From assembly GCA_000146045.2 (NCBI GenBank), contig BK006944.2, forward strand, positions 480,001-544,000: a DNA stretch of 64,000 nt, in the 5' to 3' direction. This document shows, one piece after another, positions 34,827-44,222 of the stretch (position 1 is its first letter; every line of letters begins with the position of its first letter). The notes beneath the pieces were generated by a model. That model had not been told where the DNA came from. It worked only from the letters and a program-made list of their open reading frames with translations, and did no database searches. The stretch comes from TPA_inf: Saccharomyces (Eukaryota). The position numbers and the translations under genes were made by a program.

Positions 34827-35062
34827 CGCATAGTTGGGGCAACACACCTTTCTTCCGGAATTCGCTCTGGATGAGACATATAAAGATGAAGGTGAAGTCC
34901 ACTTAAATGAATGTCAATGAGACGATGTTTTTTCTCCTAGATTGATTTTTGAATTCCTTGTATACAAAGTCTTGTTTTCTTATTGTCCTCAACAAAACAA
35001 AAGTAGAAAAGAACAGACCAAGGACAGCAACATTTATAAGAAACAAAAAAAAGAAATAAAAA

Positions 35063-36871
35063 ATGAGTAATACTTCTTCGTACGAGAAGAATAATCCAGA
35101 TAATCTGAAACACAATGGTATTACCATAGATTCTGAGTTTCTAACTCAGGAGCCAATAACCATTCCCTCAAATGGCTCCGCTGTTTCTATTGACGAAACA
35201 GGTTCAGGGTCCAAATGGCAAGACTTTAAAGATTCTTTCAAAAGGGTAAAACCTATTGAAGTTGATCCTAATCTTTCAGAAGCTGAAAAAGTGGCTATCA
35301 TCACTGCCCAAACTCCATTGAAGCACCACTTGAAGAATAGACATTTGCAAATGATTGCCATCGGTGGTGCCATCGGTACTGGTCTGCTGGTTGGGTCAGG
35401 TACTGCACTAAGAACAGGTGGTCCCGCTTCGCTACTGATTGGATGGGGGTCTACAGGTACCATGATTTACGCTATGGTTATGGCTCTGGGTGAGTTGGCT
35501 GTTATCTTCCCTATTTCGGGTGGGTTCACCACGTACGCTACCAGATTTATTGATGAGTCCTTTGGTTACGCTAATAATTTCAATTATATGTTACAATGGT
35601 TGGTTGTGCTACCATTGGAAATTGTCTCTGCATCTATTACTGTAAATTTCTGGGGTACAGATCCAAAGTATAGAGATGGGTTTGTTGCGTTGTTTTGGCT
35701 TGCAATTGTTATCATCAATATGTTTGGTGTCAAAGGTTATGGTGAAGCAGAATTCGTCTTTTCATTTATCAAGGTCATCACTGTTGTTGGGTTCATCATC
35801 TTAGGTATCATTCTAAACTGTGGTGGTGGTCCAACAGGTGGTTACATTGGGGGCAAGTACTGGCATGATCCTGGTGCCTTTGCTGGTGACACTCCAGGTG
35901 CTAAATTCAAAGGTGTTTGTTCTGTCTTCGTCACCGCTGCCTTTTCTTTTGCCGGTTCAGAATTGGTTGGTCTTGCTGCCAGTGAATCCGTAGAGCCTAG
36001 AAAGTCCGTTCCTAAGGCTGCTAAACAAGTTTTCTGGAGAATCACCCTATTTTATATTCTGTCGCTATTAATGATTGGTCTTTTAGTCCCATACAACGAT
36101 AAAAGTTTGATTGGTGCCTCCTCTGTGGATGCTGCTGCTTCACCCTTCGTCATTGCCATTAAGACTCACGGTATCAAGGGTTTGCCAAGTGTTGTCAACG
36201 TCGTTATCTTGATTGCCGTGTTATCTGTCGGTAACTCTGCCATTTATGCATGTTCCAGAACAATGGTTGCCCTAGCTGAACAGAGATTTCTGCCAGAAAT
36301 CTTTTCCTACGTTGACCGTAAGGGTAGACCATTGGTGGGAATTGCTGTCACATCTGCATTCGGTCTTATTGCGTTTGTTGCCGCCTCCAAAAAGGAAGGT
36401 GAAGTTTTCAACTGGTTACTAGCCTTGTCTGGGTTGTCATCTCTATTCACATGGGGTGGTATCTGTATTTGTCACATTCGTTTCAGAAAGGCATTGGCCG
36501 CCCAAGGAAGAGGCTTGGATGAATTGTCTTTCAAGTCTCCTACCGGTGTTTGGGGTTCCTACTGGGGGTTATTTATGGTTATTATTATGTTCATTGCCCA
36601 ATTCTACGTTGCTGTATTCCCCGTGGGAGATTCTCCAAGTGCGGAAGGTTTCTTCGAAGCTTATCTATCCTTCCCACTTGTTATGGTTATGTACATCGGA
36701 CACAAGATCTATAAGAGGAATTGGAAGCTTTTCATCCCAGCAGAAAAGATGGACATTGATACGGGTAGAAGAGAAGTCGATTTAGATTTGTTGAAACAAG
36801 AAATTGCAGAAGAAAAGGCAATTATGGCCACAAAGCCAAGATGGTATAGAATCTGGAATTTCTGGTGTTAA
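35063..36871 (+). CDS. GAP1: General amino acid permease (APC/YAT family), 602 aa
   Basis: N-terminus MSNTSSYEKNNPDNLKHNGITIDSEF. Twelve TM segments. Amino acid permease signature. Confidence 0.95.
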   Translation: MSNTSSYEKNNPDNLKHNGITIDSEFLTQEPITIPSNGSAVSIDETGSGSKWQDFKDSFKRVKPIEVDPNLSEAEKVAIITAQTPLKHHLKNRHLQMIAIGGAIGTGLLVGSGTALRTGGPASLLIGWGSTGTMIYAMVMALGELAVIFPISGGFTTYATRFIDESFGYANNFNYMLQWLVVLPLEIVSASITVNFWGTDPKYRDGFVALFWLAIVIINMFGVKGYGEAEFVFSFIKVITVVGFIILGIILNCGGGPTGGYIGGKYWHDPGAFAGDTPGAKFKGVCSVFVTAAFSFAGSELVGLAASESVEPRKSVPKAAKQVFWRITLFYILSLLMIGLLVPYNDKSLIGASSVDAAASPFVIAIKTHGIKGLPSVVNVVILIAVLSVGNSAIYACSRTMVALAEQRFLPEIFSYVDRKGRPLVGIAVTSAFGLIAFVAASKKEGEVFNWLLALSGLSSLFTWGGICICHIRFRKALAAQGRGLDELSFKSPTGVWGSYWGLFMVIIMFIAQFYVAVFPVGDSPSAEGFFEAYLSFPLVMVMYIGHKIYKRNWKLFIPAEKMDIDTGRREVDLDLLKQEIAEEKAIMATKPRWYRIWNFWC

Positions 36872-37064
36872 TGAATCGAACAACGACAAAAAAAGACTTT
36901 ATTTTTTAGATAATCATAATAAATATATTTATTTTCTCGTCATTAATCTAAAGAAAAAAGGGAAATGTTTATAGTCAAAAATTGTATATTTCCGTGCACT
37001 AATAAGATAAATTATACTATGAAAGAAAGTAAGGTATTTCTATTTTTTTACTTTTTGTTATTTT

Positions 37065-37075
37065 ATTTATGTTTT
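37065..37075. promoter_or_regulatory. 11/11 match to the ARS consensus sequence (ATTTATGTTTT) with T-rich flanks. Candidate replication origin between GAP1 and the downstream delta
   Basis: Perfect WTTTAYRTTTW in an AT-rich context, about 200 bp 3' of the GAP1 stop. Confidence 0.5.
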
Positions 37076-37451
37076 TCTAGGAAATGTAAAAATAAATCTT
37101 TTAGTAGACAGCGAGATGAAAACTAATCTGTGTGAGCTTCAATCAATCAATATGATTTCCCCGCATTTTGTTTGATATTTTAATTGATTCCGATTAAATC
37201 CGCTGGTAGCAGTTTTGTTTCAAACTAATTCAGCCTCCTTACTCCCCATTTCCTTATTGAACTTTGGGGATTCGGAGTTCCTTTTTTTTTCCGCCACTCC
37301 GATAACTAAACTTTGCAGTTTCACTGCTTGTTAAACATTTTCCTACTATAAATGACATTTAAAACGTAATTGAGACAAAAAAAGTTAAATCGTTATTAAC
37401 TTTCACTGCGGCTCCGCTCTTTTCCTCATAAGGAAATCCCCTCTTATGATC

Positions 37452-37784
37452 TTGAGAAATGGGGGAATGTTGAGATAATTGTTGGGATTCCATTGTTGAT
37501 AAAGGCTATAATATTAGGTATACAGAATATACTAGAAGTTCTCCTCAAGGATATAGGAATCCTCAAAATGGAATCTATATTTCTACATACTAATATTACG
37601 ATTATTCCTCATTCCGTTTTATATGTTTCATTATCCTATTACATTATCAATCCTTGCACTTCAGCTTCCTCTAACTTCGATGACAGCTTCTCATAACTTA
37701 TGTCATCATCTTAACACCGTATATGATAATATATTGATAATATAACTATTAGTTGATAGACGATAGTGGATTTTTATTCCAACA
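37452..37784 (-). mobile_element. Solo Ty1 delta LTR, 333 bp, with an intact 5-bp target-site duplication GATCT at both flanks. 203 bp upstream of tA(AGC). Right-hand flank of GAP1
   Basis: TGAGAAATGGGGGAATGTTGAGATAATTGTTGGGATTCC ... TATTCCAACA. GATCT at 37447-37451 and 37785-37789. Confidence 0.9.
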
Positions 37785-37987
37785 GATCTTGATATAAGCC
37801 CTGTCATTGATTGCAAATGCACAAATTCCGGAGATTGAACAGCCAACACAAAGATAGTATTTGGGACTTAGCGGGTTGAGAACGGTAATTATATCATGAA
37901 TACTCCACTCCAAGCTTGTTTGATACATCACATTCTTGTAAAAATATATGATCCAATTCCTAGGACATCAGAAAATATATCTACTAT

Positions 37988-38060
37988 GGGCGTGTGGCGT
38001 AGTCGGTAGCGCGCTCCCTTAGCATGGGAGAGGTCTCCGGTTCGATTCCGGACTCGTCCA
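37988..38060 (+). tRNA. tA(AGC)K: tRNA-Ala, anticodon AGC
   Basis: GGGCGTGTGGCGTAGTCGGTAGCGCGCTCCCTTAGCATGGGAGAGGTCTCCGGTTCGATTCCGGACTCGTCCA, followed by poly-T. Confidence 0.9.
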
Positions 38061-38072
38061 TTTTAAAATTTC

Positions 38073-38139
38073 TTTTTTTTTTTTTCTCTTTCCGTATGTA
38101 AGCTTTTTTCCTTTTTTTTTTTTTTTTTTTTTTTTTTTT
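38073..38139. repeat. Three poly(dT) runs (T13, T6, T28) in the tA(AGC) downstream / YKR041W promoter region
   Basis: Read directly. The 28-nt pure T tract spans 38112-38139. Confidence 0.9.
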
Positions 38140-38197
38140 CTTCACTACTTTTCAATGAAACTCTCTTCAAAAGACAGCATGCAGTAAAAGCGCCGAT

Positions 38198-38950
38198 ATG
38201 AGTGACGACGATTATATGAACAGCGATGACGACAACGACGCCGAAAAAAGATACGTAAGGCCAATTTTCGTCAGAAAGCGCAGGAGAGAAGAAGACTACG
38301 TTGCAACTAGCAAAGACAACATCCACCACCACCCATGCGATTGGTCCGCGAAACCATCGCAACGTCAAAACGAAAATGAGCAAAAAAGCACCATACGGCT
38401 TGTACCAGTGGCGATGAATACGCCGAAGTGTCAAGAGAAAAAAAAGAAAAGAAAGGGCGTTGGTACAACTAGTCATGAGGCTACGCTTTTCGAGTACGGT
38501 GAAAGCATAGCAGGCTACAAGTGTGTTACAACCGAGAGCGAAAGAGACCGCTTGAAACGAAGTCATGAAAGCGAAAGCAGCAGTGAAAGCGAGGTAGACG
38601 TTTTCGCCTTTGACCAGGCAAAAGGTATCAGCTCTAAGGTTGAAGCCGAAGAACGCTACGCGCGGGCCGTTCGACAGTATTGGCGCATGACCAAAGACGA
38701 GCCGGCTACCTTACCACTGCCAGGCACACCTACCCTAGCGGCTGTGAGTTTAGATATGATTGATGACAAAAGCGTAGAACAATTTTACACAATGAGCAGT
38801 GCCTTGATGGATGCAAACAGACTAGACTTGATTCGCCGCGATAGAATCCGGTGGCACCCGGACAAACATCGTTATCATAAGTCCAAAGTCACAAAACTGT
38901 TTCAGGCCATTAACGGCCTGTGGGAGCAAGAAAAGACCGAGAAAAGGTAA
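38198..38950 (+). CDS. YKR041W: Uncharacterised acidic protein, 250 aa
   Basis: 250-aa ORF with an Asp-rich N-terminus. Position and strand match YKR041W. The antisense 167-aa ORF is the dubious YKR040C. Confidence 0.6.
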   Translation: MSDDDYMNSDDDNDAEKRYVRPIFVRKRRREEDYVATSKDNIHHHPCDWSAKPSQRQNENEQKSTIRLVPVAMNTPKCQEKKKKRKGVGTTSHEATLFEYGESIAGYKCVTTESERDRLKRSHESESSSESEVDVFAFDQAKGISSKVEAEERYARAVRQYWRMTKDEPATLPLPGTPTLAAVSLDMIDDKSVEQFYTMSSALMDANRLDLIRRDRIRWHPDKHRYHKSKVTKLFQAINGLWEQEKTEKR

Positions 38951-39250
38951 TGAAAAAGTGGAACTAGACCCCACGTCAGCGGGCCTAGGCCCTTCAATGT
39001 GTTAGAATACACAGCGTGCCTAGTTCCTGGTGCCTGGATCTCGAGGCCGCGGCACTGGAAAAGCCCTTTCTTTTCCAGATCGGGAAACCTAATGAGTCCA
39101 TAAAAAGAAATGTAGAGGTGGTGTTGACGTTTTGCCGCTTTTGGGCAAGTAGGTCTTTCTGCACGGCCCGGCCCGGGTCGTGCGGAAAAAGAAAAAAGCA
39201 GACAAAACAAAATTTTTCCTTTTTTTCGCCTTTGTTTCTCCTGATTCGGG

Positions 39251-39258
39251 TATATAAG
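39251..39258 (+). promoter_or_regulatory. TATATAAG TATA box in the UTH1 promoter
   Basis: Consensus TATA about 270 bp upstream of the UTH1 ATG. Confidence 0.4.
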
Positions 39259-39526
39259 TGAATACCATCTAATGTGTTTCCTTCTCGAGACCTCGGCGTC
39301 TCCCAGATCAAAGCTCAGCAAAGATTTTAAACCGCAATTTACGCTCCTTTCATCGGTAACTAAGAAGAAAAAAAAAAAAGTACGACCACACAATTTCCAG
39401 TGTATTCATTCCTTAAACTTCGTTTATTTTTTATTCATTCATTCATTTTTATTTGAATATAACCAACTACTAGTCCTTCCTTTAAACAAAAATTTACCCT
39501 CCCTTAATTTTTCAAGAAATTCCAGT

Positions 39527-40624
39527 ATGAAATTATCCGCTCTATTAGCTTTATCAGCCTCCACCGCCGTCTTGGCCGCTCCAGCTGTCCACCATAGTGA
39601 CAACCACCACCACAACGACAAGCGTGCCGTTGTCACCGTTACTCAGTACGTCAACGCAGACGGCGCTGTTGTTATTCCAGCTGCCACCACCGCTACCTCG
39701 GCGGCTGCTGATGGAAAGGTCGAGTCTGTTGCTGCTGCCACCACTACTTTGTCCTCGACTGCCGCCGCCGCTACTACCTCTGCCGCCGCCTCTTCTTCCT
39801 CCTCTTCCTCTTCCTCCTCTTCCTCTTCTTCCTCTGTTGGTTCTGGAGATTTTGAAGATGGTACCATTTCCTGTTCTGATTTCCCATCCGGACAAGGTGC
39901 TGTCTCCTTGGACTGGTTAGGTCTAGGCGGCTGGGCTTCCATCATGGACATGAACGGTAACACCGCCACCTCTTGTCAAGACGGATACTACTGTTCTTAC
40001 GCTTGTTCTCCAGGTTACGCTAAGACCCAATGGCCTTCTGAACAACCTTCCGATGGTAGATCCGTTGGTGGTTTATACTGTAAGAACGGTAAATTATACC
40101 GTTCCAACACCGACACTAACAGTTTGTGTGTAGAAGGTCAAGGCTCTGCTCAAGCTGTTAACAAGGTCTCCGGCTCCATTGCTATCTGTGGTACCGATTA
40201 TCCAGGTTCTGAAAACATGGTCGTTCCTACCGTAGTTGGCGCTGGTTCCTCCCAACCAATCAACGTCATCAAGGAGGACTCCTACTATCAATGGCAAGGT
40301 AAGAAGACCTCTGCCCAATACTACGTTAACAACGCTGGTGTCTCTGTGGAAGATGGTTGTATCTGGGGTACTGAGGGTTCCGGTGTCGGTAACTGGGCCC
40401 CAGTTGTCTTGGGTGCTGGTTACACTGATGGTATCACTTACTTGTCCATCATTCCAAACCCAAACAACAAAGAAGCACCAAACTTTAACATCAAGATCGT
40501 TGCCACCGATGGCTCTACCGTCAATGGTGCTTGCTCTTACGAAAATGGTGTCTACTCTGGCTCTGGCTCTGACGGTTGTACTGTTTCAGTTACTTCTGGT
40601 TCTGCTAACTTTGTCTTCTACTAG
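39527..40624 (+). CDS. UTH1: SUN-family cell wall / mitochondrial outer membrane protein, 365 aa (the track ORF is extended 5')
   Basis: Signal peptide [17 protein letters not shown]. Poly-Ser linker. C-terminal Cys-rich SUN domain. Confidence 0.9.
   Translation: MKLSALLALSASTAVLAAPAVHHSDNHHHNDKRAVVTVTQYVNADGAVVIPAATTATSAAADGKVESVAAATTTLSSTAAAATTSAAASSSSSSSSSSSSSSSVGSGDFEDGTISCSDFPSGQGAVSLDWLGLGGWASIMDMNGNTATSCQDGYYCSYACSPGYAKTQWPSEQPSDGRSVGGLYCKNGKLYRSNTDTNSLCVEGQGSAQAVNKVSGSIAICGTDYPGSENMVVPTVVGAGSSQPINVIKEDSYYQWQGKKTSAQYYVNNAGVSVEDGCIWGTEGSGVGNWAPVVLGAGYTDGITYLSIIPNPNNKEAPNFNIKIVATDGSTVNGACSYENGVYSGSGSDGCTVSVTSGSANFVFY
39789..39835 (+). repeat. Imperfect (TCT/TCC)n trinucleotide repeat encoding a 16-residue poly-Ser tract in UTH1
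   Basis: tcttcttcctcctcttcctcttcctcctcttcctcttcttcctct. Confidence 0.9.
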
Positions 40625-40896
40625 GCCTTTTTTCCTTGAATATTGCAAATAAGCTTTTGCTAGTACTTTTTTTACTCCGTTCATTTTATGGTTTATTTTT
40701 CAATTAGTTCGTTTTTCCACAATACAAAAAAACACAGTCCTTTGTACTATCCCTTTTATTTCATTATTTTTTCTTTTTTAAGATACCACTAGATATTATC
40801 ATATATAGCATATTATATAACATAAAAAGTCAAGAAAAAAAATGTTTTTATCACTTTCTATAACTGCATATCTTTTTTTGCATTTCGAATGATTGC

Positions 40897-41712
40897 TTAC
40901 ACATCGCCATGCTGGGATTCCTCCTCTGGTGGTGAGACAAATGGACCTGCTAATTCCAATGCAGGTTCGTCAATGTTGTGGTGAGCGTATGACAAAACAC
41001 CAATCCCACCGGCGTCCAGTAAGAAACATGGATTGTCTACCAAATGTCTGTAAGATTCCAATTTCACATATGGAACTGTGTCGTCATCATAAGATTTGAC
41101 ATTTTGAATTTCTTCAATCGTCTCACACTTCTTTTGCACACCCAGTCCAAACCAAATAGCAGCAAAATAACGCAATGCATGTCCGTGCGCAAAGACCATG
41201 ATGTCTGATGCTCTGCCCTCACTCTGGTGCTTGCGGTGCAAGTTCTGGATTCTGGCAATAGCGCGGGAAAGTCTCAACCCAATTTGCTGAGTAGTCTCAC
41301 CGTTCTCACACCCATCTCTCCAGATATTCCATGGCCTCTCCTTGTCCAAACCGCGTGACTTTCTCAATTCAATGATTTCTCGAGTCAGCATTCCCTCGTA
41401 GTCACCGTACTCCCACTCTCGCAAGTCGTCGTCTACCACCACACGGATCTTAGCTCTTTGCTCGTCGCTTAATGGTTTCAAAACCAAATCCACAGTTTGC
41501 CTGGCACGCAAACGTGGAGAGGTGAAGATATAAGTGATGTTGTCTGGATTCAAAAACTGATTATTGCGGAAAACACTCTCACCGGTCCTCAACATTTGGC
41601 CCTCACCGTAGGGCGTTAACGGTAGATCTGTCAAACCAGTATACTGGCCTGACTTGGACCATTCAGTTTGACCGTGTCTGACAATGATACATCTGGGGGT
41701 TAGCGAAGGCAT
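40897..41712 (-). CDS. SHB17: Sedoheptulose-1,7-bisphosphatase of the phosphoglycerate mutase (histidine phosphatase) superfamily, 271 aa
   Basis: RHG catalytic motif IIVRHGQTEW near the N-terminus. Position YKR043C. Confidence 0.8.
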   Translation of the reverse strand: MPSLTPRCIIVRHGQTEWSKSGQYTGLTDLPLTPYGEGQMLRTGESVFRNNQFLNPDNITYIFTSPRLRARQTVDLVLKPLSDEQRAKIRVVVDDDLREWEYGDYEGMLTREIIELRKSRGLDKERPWNIWRDGCENGETTQQIGLRLSRAIARIQNLHRKHQSEGRASDIMVFAHGHALRYFAAIWFGLGVQKKCETIEEIQNVKSYDDDTVPYVKLESYRHLVDNPCFLLDAGGIGVLSYAHHNIDEPALELAGPFVSPPEEESQHGDV

Positions 41713-42014
41713 TGTTGCTTGCAATTAAGTGTAGGTGTTTCCCTATCCACTTAGCTATGAACAAAATGTGCTTATCTGAGCTAATATTTTTTCATTTTTG
41801 TCCTATAAATAATAATGGAAAAAAAAAACTCATCGCGTGGTTGAACAGAAAAAAAACAATAAGAGTGAGTAAGCAGTGAAAAATGTAAGATTTACGCTTT
41901 ATATAAGCAGATTTTGGTTTCCTTTATATATTTTTGCATTTGTCTATCCTTAACATTGGATAGCAATTTGGCGGTGGGTAGTTTATAACGTGTGTGCTCT
42001 CTCTTTAAGTAACG

Positions 42015-43346
42015 ATGTCAAGAGATGTAAGGGCAGAGAAACTAGCCATATCACTATTGATTTTATCATTGTTTCTAATATTCCAATTAGTGGCTGAGAT
42101 TTATCTCAATAATGGTGATCAGTACCATACAGAGACTAGCCCCTTTACAAGAGGAAGATCACATGTAACGCGTGTGCCCAACCATGATGCTAGTTTATCT
42201 ATACCGTTTTTGGACAAGATCAACCAGTTTTGGCATGTAGGCGGTGCCACGCAAATTAGGAATATTCAGTCGATCAAATTGACTCAGGACCGTGATCAAG
42301 ATAAACATGGATTAGTATTGTCCAATGGAATTGGCGACAACACCATCAATGACTTTGAGATTGTTTTCACTTTCAGAATTTCTCACGACCCCACTACACA
42401 ACTCACTGGTGATGGAATGTGTTTTGCCATTACGCCCGAAAATGGGTTTCTCACACAGAATTTACAGTCGTCGTATGCGAAAAAGCAATACATGATGAAT
42501 TCTCAGGGCGTCATAGCCGATAATACAGATCTGATGGGCTTCCCGAAAAATCTGCCTGGCCTATTTATTGTCTTGGATACGTATCGCAACCAAGGCCACG
42601 ACCATAAGGAGGTACCCTTTATGGATGTGTTTATAAATGTGGCCCCAGAAAGCGATTGGTACGATATAAATAGTGATGGTGAACTCAGTACATCGCTGCG
42701 GCTTAATTCAAGAGGCCACATAAAACTCAAGAAAAATGCCCTGTGGAATCGAGTCACGAAACTAAGAATAATATATTTGGAAAGTATAAGCTTCCTGAAG
42801 ATCGACGTGCAGTACGCAAAAGAGGGAAACTACTGGATTGAGTTATTTCAAACAACCGAAAATCTGTACTTGCCGAAAAACATGCACACGGGGCAAAGAT
42901 ACATTGGCTGTAGCGCATTAAATGGCCAATTAACGGAGACAGTGGAGCTGCTGGACGTATCCACTAGCGAATTCCATTGGAACGACATGGATGCGTCCAT
43001 TGAGGACACCTATGATTACGCAAAGGAAGCTGAGCTATTCCTGGAGCAGGAATTTGGCGAGGTCCTTGACAGGGAACCCGATGAGTTCACCAAATGGAAA
43101 ATGATCAAAGCTCAACCAAACATCAAGACTGGGTCACAGTCAGCTGAACAGAAAACTTCAAACAATCCTCACTCTCGGTTGTTCAAGGTCGTGCTGACCA
43201 TATGGCATTATAGCGAGATTTTGCTATTGATCATGGGCATTTATCTTTTTTCTGCTTGCATAAGAGTTTTCCAAAGAAGGTTCAAAAAAATTAGATCCAG
43301 AAGAAAAAGGGCAGGCTCGCATTCTGTGGGGCTATTGCCCATGTAG
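42015..43346 (+). CDS. UIP5: Ulp1-interacting membrane protein with a lumenal L-type lectin-like domain, 443 aa
   Basis: N-terminal signal/TM segment. Legume-lectin-like central region. C-terminal TM plus a basic tail (RRFKKIRSRRKRAG). Position YKR044W. Confidence 0.65.
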   Translation: MSRDVRAEKLAISLLILSLFLIFQLVAEIYLNNGDQYHTETSPFTRGRSHVTRVPNHDASLSIPFLDKINQFWHVGGATQIRNIQSIKLTQDRDQDKHGLVLSNGIGDNTINDFEIVFTFRISHDPTTQLTGDGMCFAITPENGFLTQNLQSSYAKKQYMMNSQGVIADNTDLMGFPKNLPGLFIVLDTYRNQGHDHKEVPFMDVFINVAPESDWYDINSDGELSTSLRLNSRGHIKLKKNALWNRVTKLRIIYLESISFLKIDVQYAKEGNYWIELFQTTENLYLPKNMHTGQRYIGCSALNGQLTETVELLDVSTSEFHWNDMDASIEDTYDYAKEAELFLEQEFGEVLDREPDEFTKWKMIKAQPNIKTGSQSAEQKTSNNPHSRLFKVVLTIWHYSEILLLIMGIYLFSACIRVFQRRFKKIRSRRKRAGSHSVGLLPM

Positions 43347-43417
43347 CATTGCATAGGCACGCACATACATACATACACAAATAATACAATATAGGACGTT
43401 CATCTTAGGTAGCCAAT

Positions 43418-43969
43418 TCACGGTCTTCTTGTGGTAGTGTTACTTGCGTTCGACGGCGGGAGGGTTCTTGATCGATCCAATATACTCTGTGGTGGGATGG
43501 CCAGAACGCTAGAATTCGTCTCAAACGTCCTGTTAGAGAATATTGTGGGCCTCGTAGACTGTATTGAATGAATGTCCGAGAAAGTAGACGACTTCACTGA
43601 CGAGGAACAAAACGATACTAGCGGAATAACACTTGCGTTGTCGTTTTGTTGTTGCTGCTGTTGCTGCTGCTGCTGTCTTACTTTGCCTGTTGGTGGTTCA
43701 TCCCATGCCACTCGACGGTCTCCTTCGTCATCGGATTCGCTCGAATGCAACGAATTTCGATCAACCAATGGTCGCAACGACGAACTGATGGTTGTTCCAT
43801 CCGGATCCAACTCAGCACGCTTAACTCTTGTGGGGCCAGCCCTAGTGCCGCGTCTTGGTTTACTGCTCGAGACCGATGCGTTAGTTGTGGTAGTGGTGTT
43901 TATTATTTTTTTAACCCACACTGAAAGTTTGTTTCTTCTTCCCTGGGATGTATGATGACTGTTTGACAT
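43418..43969 (-). CDS. YKR045C: Uncharacterised 183-aa protein with a Q10 tract
   Basis: ORF contains a (CAG/CAA)10 repeat on the coding strand. Position matches YKR045C. Start chosen at the 9th codon of the track ORF. Confidence 0.5.
   Translation of the reverse strand: MSNSHHTSQGRRNKLSVWVKKIINTTTTTNASVSSSKPRRGTRAGPTRVKRAELDPDGTTISSSLRPLVDRNSLHSSESDDEGDRRVAWDEPPTGKVRQQQQQQQQQQNDNASVIPLVSFCSSSVKSSTFSDIHSIQSTRPTIFSNRTFETNSSVLAIPPQSILDRSRTLPPSNASNTTTRRP
43646..43678 (-). repeat. CAG/CAA trinucleotide repeat (poly-Gln, about 10-11 units) inside YKR045C
   Basis: Plus strand reads ttgttgttgctgctgttgctgctgctgctg. Confidence 0.9.
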
Positions 43970-44035
43970 GCTAGGACTTTCCCTTGGCACCATGTATATT
44001 CACTTTTATTGTCTCTTGATCGAGCTATAACCAAA

Positions 44036-44058
44036 TTTTTTTTTTTTTTTTTTTTTTT
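44036..44058. repeat. Poly(dT)23 homopolymer between YKR045C and PET10
   Basis: Read directly. Confidence 0.9.
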
Positions 44059-44222
44059 CGTTTTTATAATTTTTTCTTTGGTATTCAATTGTATATAGTG
44101 CTCAAACAGCAACGTACATAATAGCTAGCAAACAATAGATGAAATAATAGAATAATAACAAATAACTATATAAGAGTGGCAGGAAAAAAAATCAGGCGCA
44201 CGATTAGCGCAAAACCAAATTA

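Noticed and set aside
36872-37451. Possible additional Ty LTR remnant between the GAP1 stop and the delta
   Set aside because: I could not align it convincingly to any LTR terminus (no TGTTG...CA ends). Apart from the ACS match reported separately, it looks like ordinary AT-rich 3' flank.
38063-38566. 167-aa minus-strand ORF with a C-terminal poly-Lys (YKR040C-like) overlapping the YKR041W start
   Set aside because: The poly-Lys comes from reading the T28 homopolymer on the other strand. It overlaps YKR041W and the tRNA flank. Dubious.
38902-39393. Cluster of overlapping short ORFs, GC-rich palindrome-like CGGCCCGGCCCGGG and T-rich stretches upstream of UTH1
   Set aside because: I considered a small ncRNA or regulatory hairpin. 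I cannot support any fold or known motif from sequence alone. It is most simply the UTH1 promoter, which has a TATA box at 39251. Left as unverified.
39554-39969. Three overlapping ORFs (Gly/Arg-rich, Pro/Leu-rich, Glu-rich) on both strands within UTH1
   Set aside because: Frame-shifted and antisense readings of the (TCT/TCC)n and GCT/GCC-rich repeat region of UTH1. The real frame is supported by the SUN-family signal peptide and domain.
43903-44112. 69-aa ORF containing KKKKKKKKK
   Set aside because: Reads through the poly(dT)23 tract on the opposite strand. Artefact.
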